Source: Candidatus Lutacidiplasma silvani (GTDB lineage Archaea > Thermoplasmatota > Thermoplasmata > Lutacidiplasmatales > UBA184). Taken from it: a DNA stretch of 64,000 bases. The notes beneath the pieces are model-generated. The model saw only the letters and a program-made list of their open reading frames with translations, made no database searches and was not told the DNA's origin. The position numbers and the translations under genes are program-made. Shown in pieces: positions 18,324 through 25,646 of the stretch (the stretch's first letter is position 1; the number at the start of each line of letters is the position of its first letter). The DNA lies in assembly GCA_022750295.1 (NCBI GenBank), contig JAKIVZ010000001.1, positions 133,651 to 197,650 of the forward strand, read 5' to 3'.

Positions 18324-19432
18324 CCGTTGGCCGAGACAGGAAGCGCCGGCGGGGTCCGTCCGCCCGGCGGCCGCACGGTTCCCGCACCGGCGGCCGCGAC
18401 GTCCCGGATCCGGTCGGGGAACGGCGGGAACACGTCGACCCCGCAGCCGAGGGTGCGTTTGTGGACGAGGCCGGTCGCACGGTCCATCTCCATCTTGAGG
18501 ATCTCGAGCCGACCGCACTTCGGGCAGAGAAATCCGGCGCGGATGTCGGGTACGGAGCCCGGCGGGTCGGTGAACGTCACCGAAGGGATTGGATCGAGCA
18601 CTGGGTCGCGGCCGGTGACGGCCTGCTCGAGTTCGGGCACGAGACCGAGCAGCTCTCGGACCGTCTCCGCGTGGACCCTTGGGGGTTGGTCGAGGTCGAT
18701 CCCGGTGTTGAATTGGAAGTGCTCGGCGAGGAAGCGCACGACCGGCAAGGCGGAACCGCCCCGGCCCGGGGCGGCCCCAGATCGGTGTTCCCACCCGAGG
18801 TAGAGCGCGAGGAACCTCGGCGAGTCGAGAAGGCCGCGGAACGCCGGGTCGCAGGACTCGAGGACCATCGGAGACCGGAGGGGTGGCCGAAGGAGGGGAA
18901 CCGGTGGCCGCCCGGAGAGGAGCGCCGCGGATCCGACGGCGCCGCGAGCGGCCCGTGCCGAGAAGTTGATTGGGCCCGGGCCGCCGAATACCCGGCTCGG
19001 GGTCCTTTCCGGCGGCGCCGTCGCAATCGCCCACGGAAGGTACGGAATCGGAGGCGTATCGTCTCGCACCATGCGGACGAACGTGAAGACCGAAAGGGTC
19101 GGAATCACTTCGTACGAGGGCGACTCGCCGACGAGGATCCCGACCGTCCACTGCCGTCCGCCGCTCGTCCCGACCAACGTCGGACGCCGGCGATCGCTGA
19201 CCTTGAAGGGAGGGGGGGCCGGAAGGGGGACGTAGTACCCCCGTTCCGACTTCGAATCCGGGAAGAGGTCGGGCGACAGAATCGGAGCGCGTAGCAGGCC
19301 CGCCCGGGGGGTCGAGACATTCTGCAACGCGGGATTGGCCTTGTGGATGGCCTCCGCGATCGCCTGGGCGGTCTCGAACGGCGGGGCATCGTTCGTCCCC
19401 AGGGTGGCTCGTCCGGAGCATAGAATCAACAT
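18320..19432 (-). CDS. hypothetical protein with C-terminal zinc ribbon
   Basis: The start was taken at the ATG at 19432 (MLILCSGRATLGT). The composition is diverse and coding-like. CPKCGRLEILKMEMDRATGLVHKRTLGCG lies near the C-terminus. It is transcribed divergently from rpl18e. Confidence 0.5.
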   Translation of the reverse strand: MLILCSGRATLGTNDAPPFETAQAIAEAIHKANPALQNVSTPRAGLLRAPILSPDLFPDSKSERGYYVPLPAPPPFKVSDRRRPTLVGTSGGRQWTVGILVGESPSYEVIPTLSVFTFVRMVRDDTPPIPYLPWAIATAPPERTPSRVFGGPGPINFSARAARGAVGSAALLSGRPPVPLLRPPLRSPMVLESCDPAFRGLLDSPRFLALYLGWEHRSGAAPGRGGSALPVVRFLAEHFQFNTGIDLDQPPRVHAETVRELLGLVPELEQAVTGRDPVLDPIPSVTFTDPPGSVPDIRAGFLCPKCGRLEILKMEMDRATGLVHKRTLGCGVDVFPPFPDRIRDVAAAGAGTVRPPGGRTPPALPVSANG

Positions 19433-19488
19433 CGCCGTCCGCCGATTTTTCCGTCGGCCGGGACCGTGTCGTTCCGTCGGCGGCAAGC

Positions 19489-19496
19489 CTTATATC
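19489..19496 (+). promoter_or_regulatory. TATA box (CTTATATC) for rpl18e operon, probably leaderless
   Basis: It lies about 30 nt upstream of the ATG at 19526. It sits in a divergent intergenic region shared with the minus-strand gene ending at 19432. Confidence 0.45.
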
Positions 19497-19525
19497 GAGC
19501 ACCCGGGTCGAGCCGACCCCGCCCT

Positions 19526-19891
19526 ATGCTTCGGACCATCCGCAAGGAGAACGCGGAGCTCGCCCACGTTCTCATCGCACTCCGCAAGACCGCCAAGGCC
19601 CACGAGGCCCCGGTCTGGTACGCCGTCGCGGAGAAGCTCGCCCGCCCGCGCCGCCAGGCGCGTCCGGTGAACGTCGGGCACCTCGAGCGGCTCGCGAATC
19701 CGAAGGAGACCCTGGTCATTCCCGGAAAGCTTCTCGCGCACGGCTCCCTGACGAAGCCGCTCACGGTGGCGGCGTTCCACTACTCCGAGGACGCGAGGAC
19801 CAAGATTCACGCGGCCGGCGGCACGGCGCTCTCGATCTCCGAGCTCTTGAAATCCAAACCGGACGGAACGGGGGTACGCCTCTTTGCCTGA
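19526..19891 (+). CDS. rpl18e: 50S ribosomal protein L18e
   Basis: The start MLRTIRKENAELAHVLIALRKTAK lies about 30 nt after TATA TTATAT and is probably leaderless. Confidence 0.85.
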   Translation: MLRTIRKENAELAHVLIALRKTAKAHEAPVWYAVAEKLARPRRQARPVNVGHLERLANPKETLVIPGKLLAHGSLTKPLTVAAFHYSEDARTKIHAAGGTALSISELLKSKPDGTGVRLFA

Positions 19892-20495
19892 TCCCGCCCC
19901 CGCGACGCCCGCGCCCGCGGCCGCCGAGAAGAAGGCCCCCCGCGCGCCCAAGATCACGAAGAGCACGGCGAAGCCGGCTTCGGCCGCCGCCGCCAAGCCT
20001 GCGGCCTCTCCCTCCAAGCCCGCTCCGTCCTCGAAGGCGGCCGCGCCGGCCCTCGCGAAGACGGTCCCCGTCCGCAACGCCACGGTCGTCGATGCCAGCG
20101 ACCTGATCCTCGGTCGCGCGGCAAGCCAGATCGCGAAGCGGCTCCTGAACGGCGAGTCGATCGTGGTCGTCAACGCCGAGAAGAGCGTCGTGACCGGTGG
20201 GCGGAAGATGGTCATCGACTTCTACATCGCGAACCGCGCCCGCGGCTCGAAGCGGACCGGTCCCCACTTCCCGCGGTACCCCGACCGGATCTTCCGGCGG
20301 ACCGTCCGCGGCATGCTCCCCCACCTCAAGACCCGCGGCAAGGTCGCGTACGAGCGCCTCGAGGTCTACATGGGGGTCCCGGCCGAGTTCGCCTCCCTGC
20401 CCCGCCAGTCGATCGACCTGGCGAGGGCCCGCCCGGCGCTCCGCCCCCCGACGACGCTCGAAGAGATCTCCCGCCTGCTGGGAGCCCGCGTATGA
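19884..20495 (+). CDS. rpl13: 50S ribosomal protein L13 with about 60-aa Lys/Ala/Pro-rich N-terminal extension
   Basis: The core VVDASDLILGRAASQIAKRLLNGESIVVVNAEK...RMLP is the L13 signature. It is preceded by PAPATPAPAAAEKKAPRAPKITKSTAKPASAAAAKPAASPSKPAPSSKAAAPALAKT. Confidence 0.85.
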   Translation: MPDPAPATPAPAAAEKKAPRAPKITKSTAKPASAAAAKPAASPSKPAPSSKAAAPALAKTVPVRNATVVDASDLILGRAASQIAKRLLNGESIVVVNAEKSVVTGGRKMVIDFYIANRARGSKRTGPHFPRYPDRIFRRTVRGMLPHLKTRGKVAYERLEVYMGVPAEFASLPRQSIDLARARPALRPPTTLEEISRLLGARV

Positions 20496-20899
20496 AGGGC
20501 CCCGTCGTGGTCCAGACGACCGGCAAGCGGAAGCAGGCGATCGCCCGGGCCACCGTCCGCAAGGGGACCGGCCAAGTTCGCATCAACCAGCAACCGCTCG
20601 AGATCGTCGAGCCCGAGATCGTCCGCCAGAAGATCCAGGAGCCGCTCCTCATGGTCGGGGACCGCTGGAAGGCGCTCAACATCGCCGTCGACGTCGCGGG
20701 AGGCGGGGTCATGGGCCAGGCGTCCGCGGCCCGTACCGCGGTCGCGCGGGGCCTTCTCGAGTGGCTCAAGGACCCGGCGCTGACCGAGATGTTCAAGCAC
20801 TACGACCGGTCCCTTATCGTCAACGACCCGCGCCGCAAGCTGCCGAAGCGCCCCGGCGGCCGCGGGGCCCGAAAGCGCCGGCAGAAGTCGTACCGTTAG
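20492..20899 (+). CDS. rps9: 30S ribosomal protein S9
   Basis: The N-terminus is TGKRKQAIARATV and the C-terminus ends ...RKRRQKSYR, a typical S9. Confidence 0.9.
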   Translation: MKGPVVVQTTGKRKQAIARATVRKGTGQVRINQQPLEIVEPEIVRQKIQEPLLMVGDRWKALNIAVDVAGGGVMGQASAARTAVARGLLEWLKDPALTEMFKHYDRSLIVNDPRRKLPKRPGGRGARKRRQKSYR

Positions 20900-20921
20900 G
20901 CGGTAGGGAAGGTTCCACACC

Positions 20922-21119
20922 ATGACGATGATGATCCCGGTCCGCTGCTTCACCTGCGGCGCCGTGATCGGCCAGCACTGGGACGAGTACCGCGAGCGGA
21001 CCAGCCGGGGCGAGCCCGCGGGGGTCGTGATGAACAACCTCGGCCTGACCCGGTACTGCTGCCGCCGGATGCTCCTGACCCACGTCGATCTCCTCGACGA
21101 AGTCGGACCGTACGGCTGA
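20922..21119 (+). CDS. rpoN: DNA-directed RNA polymerase subunit N (Rpb10 homolog)
   Basis: A 65-aa protein with MIPVRCFTCGAVIG...YCCRRML, the canonical RpoN zinc-bundle. Confidence 0.9.
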   Translation: MTMMIPVRCFTCGAVIGQHWDEYRERTSRGEPAGVVMNNLGLTRYCCRRMLLTHVDLLDEVGPYG

Positions 21120-21229
21120 GCCGCCCGTCTTCCGTCCGGGGACGGTGCCGGGCCTCTCCCGACCGAGATTGGCGGAAGGTCCTCGCCGACCCGTTCGCGT
21201 CCCCGGGACCCTACCCCGGCGGGGCCGAC

Positions 21230-21661
21230 TCACTCTTCCAGCAGCTCGCCCGGCGGTTTCGATGCCACCGCGGACTTGGTACCCAGCCGCTCGCGATCCT
21301 GCGTGACCACGCACTCCGCGCCTCGCAGCTGCGCCGTCGCGAGGATCAGCGCGTCCGGCAGCGCAAGATGGGTCGCTTCTCGGAGCTCGCCCGCCAGGAG
21401 CGCGATCGCCTCGACCACCGGTTCGATCGAATACGATGGCGAAGCCCGCAGATGGCTGAGAAACGGCGTCCAGAGGGCGGGGAGTTGCGCGGCGGGAAAT
21501 CCCGCCCGCAGTTCGGCCAGGGTGACGACGGAAACCAGGGCCTCGAACCGGCCGTCGTCCACCGCGTCCAGCAGCCGACGAGACGCGGCATGGCCGGGTT
21601 CGGCCGGGGCCCGGGCGGCTAGGAAGACGTTAGTGTCGATGAGCAACCGGGCGGCGGTCAC
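21230..21661 (-). CDS. vapC: PIN-domain ribonuclease toxin VapC
   Basis: LLIDTNVFLAA places the first acidic residue near the N-terminus. The C-terminus carries LILATAQLRGAECVVTQD, with the PIN acidic residues spaced appropriately. Confidence 0.75.
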   Translation of the reverse strand: MTAARLLIDTNVFLAARAPAEPGHAASRRLLDAVDDGRFEALVSVVTLAELRAGFPAAQLPALWTPFLSHLRASPSYSIEPVVEAIALLAGELREATHLALPDALILATAQLRGAECVVTQDRERLGTKSAVASKPPGELLEE

Positions 21662-21899
21662 GCTTCACCCACTCGTCGCGAACTCGACGCTGGTGCTCGA
21701 CTCCGGTCTCCGAGGAGGGGCCCCACGCCGCAAGGATCTCGGTCAGGCGGGCCGGTCGTGCCTTCCGGACGACGGCCCGGTCTCCCGCCTCCACCTCGAA
21801 GAGGAGCCGGTCCCCCGGATGGAGTCCGAGGGCATCGCGGACGTCCTTGGGCACGGTGATCTGACCCTTCTGGCTGATCGTTCCACTCCCACTCGCCAT
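21630..21899 (-). CDS. vapB: AbrB/SpoVT (MazE-like) antitoxin VapB
   Basis: SQKGQITVPKDVRDALGLHPGDRLLFEVEAGDRAVV is a swapped-hairpin beta-barrel motif. It overlaps the vapC start. Confidence 0.7.
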   Translation of the reverse strand: MASGSGTISQKGQITVPKDVRDALGLHPGDRLLFEVEAGDRAVVRKARPARLTEILAAWGPSSETGVEHQRRVRDEWVKRDRRPVAHRH

Positions 21900-22188
21900 C
21901 GTACGAATGCCTTACGTATTGGTAGGGAATTCGGGTACATATAGTCCTACGCACGGAGAACGGTCCCGGGGTCGGAGGGACGCCCGACGGCACGGAACTT
22001 CCGGAAGCGGGACACCCAGCGCTTGCCCCTCGCTCCCCGATCGAGGGCGTCGAGTCTCGAGGCTCGGCCGCTCGAATCCAGGGAACGGGGGTGGGTCGGC
22101 CGACCCGTGCCTCGATGGAACGCTGGTAGGACGCCCCGCCCGTTGGGGAGGGGGGAAGAGGTTCTCGCGAGGCGTGCCGGTGGTCGCG

Positions 22189-25100
22189 CTACGAGTCGTC
22201 CTCGTCGTCGTCCGCGGCCTTGTCCTTCTTCGAGCCGCCGCGCTCGAGGCCCGACTTGCCGCCCGAGGACGACTTCGACGAGCCGCCACCGGAGGTCCGG
22301 GGCCGCCAGACGAGGAAGTAGACCGCCAGGATGACCGCGACCGCCGCGATGAGGATCCCCGCGTAGATCTCGTCGTTCACGATCGGGTTCGCGCTGATCG
22401 TGATCGCGACGTGCGCCTGGTTCCCGCCCGCGGCGTAGTTCGCCGCGAACTCGTTCGTGGCCGTCGCGTTCGCCCAGAGGTCATAGTTCCCGATCCGTGC
22501 CGGCGTGAACGACACCTGCGCCCGCATCGTGTGGTTCCACGGAATCGAGATCGTGCCGGTCCCGGCGGAGGTCGTGTTGACCGTTCCGTTCGTGTAGCCG
22601 AACCACTGGACCGTTCCCGGCGAGCCGCCGAGCCCGATCTCGGTCCCCGAGCCGGAGGGCGGCAGGAGGTAGAACAGGACCGCGACGTTCTCGGCGGTCG
22701 AGTTCTTTCCGATCGTGTTCGTCACGTTCACCCAGACGGTGTACGACTTGCCGTCGGTCAGCGACGTCGAGGAGGTGGTCATGTTCCCGACCTCGAGGAC
22801 GGGGCGCGTCGACGTGTTCACCGCCACGGTCAGCGAGATCGTGGTGTAGGCGGTGTTCCCCGCCCGGTCGGTGACCGTCAGGTTCACGGTGTACGGCTTC
22901 GACTGGGGGGTGAGCCACAGCGGCTTGTTCGCCGGGACCGACCCGAGCGTCTTCTCCTGGATCGGGATCGTCTGGTTCGCGGAGGAGTTCCCGCTGTTCG
23001 TGACCGACCAGTTGAACCAGGTGATCGACCCGTTGTGGGGGTCGCTCGAGTTCGTGGCGGAGAGCGAGACGAACGCCGTGTGGTTCGCCGCCTCGACGAT
23101 GCTCGTGATCGACTTCCCCGCCGAGTTCAGGACCCGCGCAACCGGGGACGGCTTCTCGGTGTCGCGCACGAGGACGACCATGGTGGCCGTCGACGAGTGA
23201 CCGGCCGCGTCCCAGATCGTCAGCGAGACGTTGTACTGCCAACCCTGGAACGAGACGACGCTCAGGGCGCCGTATCCCGCGGTCAGGTAGTGGCCGCCGC
23301 CGAGGAACGTCAGGGCGTCGTTGCCCGAGGCGTTCGCCCCGGCCGACGCGGAGAGGTTCTTCAGCCACGACGACTTGAACGCGGTGACGTTGAACAGCGC
23401 GACGCTCAGCACCCCGTGGACGCCGCCGGGGGCGCCCGTCAGCGGCAGGACGCTCGTCGAGGCGTTGAACTGGAGCGTCGACGACCAGTTCACGATCGTG
23501 TAGTTCTCCCCGCCCTTGTTCTGGACGGTCGAGTTCACCGAGATGACGGCCGTCGGCGCCTCCGACGACGCGTACACCGTGAACTTCGTGGAGTTCGACT
23601 GCCCGCCGGACCCGGTCACCTTGACCGACCCGGTGTAGACCCCCGCCGTCGCGTAGGTGTGGTTCGTCGTCGGGGTCGTCTTGCTCGAGAGGCCGCCGTC
23701 GCCGAACACCCAGGCGTACTGTACGCCCGATGTCTGCGCCGGGAACGTCGAGTTCGCTGCGGAGAACGTGACGTTCTCACCGGTCCCGACGATCACGGTG
23801 TAGTTGTTCGTGCTGTCGTTGAGGACGTTGCTCGACGAGAACGTGAAGTTTGCGACCGTCACGTTGACGTTCGCCGTCACGTTGCCGCTCTTGACGATCG
23901 TCAGCGACGCGGTCCCCGACGGGTTGGTCGAGGCGTTCGAGACGAGCGTGAAGCTCGTGTACGTCCCACCGGGGCCGGTGGGGCGGATCCACGACTGGGC
24001 GGGCGGCGAGGTGACCGACGACGCGCTCAGGACGTACCCCGCGGGAAGCTCCACGGTGTAGTTGAACGTCTGCGCGTGGGTCGGGTGCCGGAAGTTGAAC
24101 GACAGGCTGTAGGCGCGCAGGTTCGTCCCGACCTTCGAGGTCGTGTTGTACGTCTGGCTGTAGTGCAGCGCGATCGAGGCGTTGCTCCCGAGGCCGCAGA
24201 ACGAGGCGCACGTCGTCGAGTTCGTGAATGTGTAGTTTGTCGGCTGGCCGAACCCGGTCCCGTTGACCGTCAGACCCGCCTGGCCCGCCGGGAAGAACGG
24301 CCCGGACGAGTTGAGCCACGTCAGGAACGTCGGGAAGTTCGCCATCGAGAACGTCGTGTTCGACTGCCAGTCCAGCGCGAGCTGCGCCCAGAGTTGGCCG
24401 ACCGAGGCGTTCGCGAGCTCGGGGAACGTCGTGTCGTTCGCGAGGGTCGCGTTGCTCGTGACGACGACCTTGTTGAACCCCTTCTGGAAGTTCAGGACGG
24501 TCGTGTACGCCGCGGGCGGCGCGATCTTCGGGGTCAGCACGTTGTGGGGGTTCGGACCGCCCCGGCTCGTGCCGGAGACGTTGAGGGTGTACCAAGTCGT
24601 CGCGTATCCCACGTGGGAGAGGATGACGTCGAACGTCTGGACGCCCGGACCGACGAATCCCGCCGGATAGGAGCCGACTTCGTAGAAGCCGCCCGCCGGG
24701 GTCGCGGCGCTGTAGATGTAGTCGTTCGTTGGGTCGAACAGCGTGACGTTCCCGCCCGCCGGGATGTGCGACGCGGGGTGGGCCGCTTGGTTCGAGAAGC
24801 CCCAGGTCAGGTACGACGAGGCGCTGCCCAGCACCGGGTTCACGGTCAGGATCGGCGTCGAGACCGTGATCTGGGTGTAGTTCACGTACGACGGGGAGCC
24901 CGGAACCGTCGTTTCGAGGACCCAGGTCCCTTCGGGGACCGAGAGGGAGTACTCGCCGACGACCGTGGTGTTGGTCGCGGTCGCGACCGTGGTGTTGTTC
25001 GCGAAGACGGCGCCGTTGAACGTCGGGTCGAGGAGCTGGACCGAGGCGCCACCGACCGGGCGGCCGTTGTACGTGGCGTTGCCCCAGAGGACCGAGTTGT

Positions 25101-25542
25101 AGAGCGCCTCGGAGACCCCCGAGACGGTCAGCGGGGAGTTGGTCGTGGTGAGCTCCGTCGCGTTCTCATACGCGTACGCCGGGTTCTGGCTCGACGGGAG
25201 GATGGCGTAGGTCGAACTGCTCCCCGTGAGCTTGACGTGCGCCTGGGGCGGGACCCAGACCCCCCACCAACCGGGTTGGAGGGCGCCGGCGTTCGTGCCC
25301 GAGCTGAAGTTGAACTGGCCGCCCGGGAGGGTGGCCGTGGTGTACACTTGGTGGGTCGCGCCGCTGATCAGGTCGACCGCCACGCCGCTAACCACCGGAA
25401 TTCCGGTCGGTTGCTCCACAGACCCCAGTAGGGAGTAGGTCGGCGTCGAGGTCGCAAGCGCCCCGGGAACCGATGCCAGCACGCCCGCCAGCACCAGAAC
25501 CACGAAGCCCCACACTGCGACCCGCGGTAGTCGCTCACCCAT
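22189..25542 (-). CDS. large surface (S-layer-like) glycoprotein with signal peptide, PKD domain, C-terminal TM anchor and acidic tail
   Basis: A 1117-aa protein with an N-terminal signal VAVWGFVVLVLAGVLASVPGALA. It is extremely rich in N-x-S/T sequons. A PKD signature YAWVFGDGG...HTY..AGVYTGSVKV is present. The C-terminus has IYAGILIAAVAVILAVYFLVW followed by KKDKAADDDEDDS. Confidence 0.85.
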   Translation of the reverse strand: MGERLPRVAVWGFVVLVLAGVLASVPGALATSTPTYSLLGSVEQPTGIPVVSGVAVDLISGATHQVYTTATLPGGQFNFSSGTNAGALQPGWWGVWVPPQAHVKLTGSSSTYAILPSSQNPAYAYENATELTTTNSPLTVSGVSEALYNSVLWGNATYNGRPVGGASVQLLDPTFNGAVFANNTTVATATNTTVVGEYSLSVPEGTWVLETTVPGSPSYVNYTQITVSTPILTVNPVLGSASSYLTWGFSNQAAHPASHIPAGGNVTLFDPTNDYIYSAATPAGGFYEVGSYPAGFVGPGVQTFDVILSHVGYATTWYTLNVSGTSRGGPNPHNVLTPKIAPPAAYTTVLNFQKGFNKVVVTSNATLANDTTFPELANASVGQLWAQLALDWQSNTTFSMANFPTFLTWLNSSGPFFPAGQAGLTVNGTGFGQPTNYTFTNSTTCASFCGLGSNASIALHYSQTYNTTSKVGTNLRAYSLSFNFRHPTHAQTFNYTVELPAGYVLSASSVTSPPAQSWIRPTGPGGTYTSFTLVSNASTNPSGTASLTIVKSGNVTANVNVTVANFTFSSSNVLNDSTNNYTVIVGTGENVTFSAANSTFPAQTSGVQYAWVFGDGGLSSKTTPTTNHTYATAGVYTGSVKVTGSGGQSNSTKFTVYASSEAPTAVISVNSTVQNKGGENYTIVNWSSTLQFNASTSVLPLTGAPGGVHGVLSVALFNVTAFKSSWLKNLSASAGANASGNDALTFLGGGHYLTAGYGALSVVSFQGWQYNVSLTIWDAAGHSSTATMVVLVRDTEKPSPVARVLNSAGKSITSIVEAANHTAFVSLSATNSSDPHNGSITWFNWSVTNSGNSSANQTIPIQEKTLGSVPANKPLWLTPQSKPYTVNLTVTDRAGNTAYTTISLTVAVNTSTRPVLEVGNMTTSSTSLTDGKSYTVWVNVTNTIGKNSTAENVAVLFYLLPPSGSGTEIGLGGSPGTVQWFGYTNGTVNTTSAGTGTISIPWNHTMRAQVSFTPARIGNYDLWANATATNEFAANYAAGGNQAHVAITISANPIVNDEIYAGILIAAVAVILAVYFLVWRPRTSGGGSSKSSSGGKSGLERGGSKKDKAADDDEDDS

Positions 25543-25606
25543 CGTGTTTCACGTCTCCTTCGTTCTGCCTCCGAGGGGGAGGCGCGGGCGCGAACCTAGC
25601 TTCGCT

Positions 25607-25614
25607 ACTTATAG
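25607..25614 (-). promoter_or_regulatory. TATA-like element (CTATAAGTA on minus strand) for surface glycoprotein gene
   Basis: The AT-rich element lies about 65 nt upstream of the ATG at 25542. An AGGAG lies about 10 nt before the start. Confidence 0.35.
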
Positions 25615-25646
25615 CTTGCCCGGAGCGGGAGGAGTATCCGGCGCCG

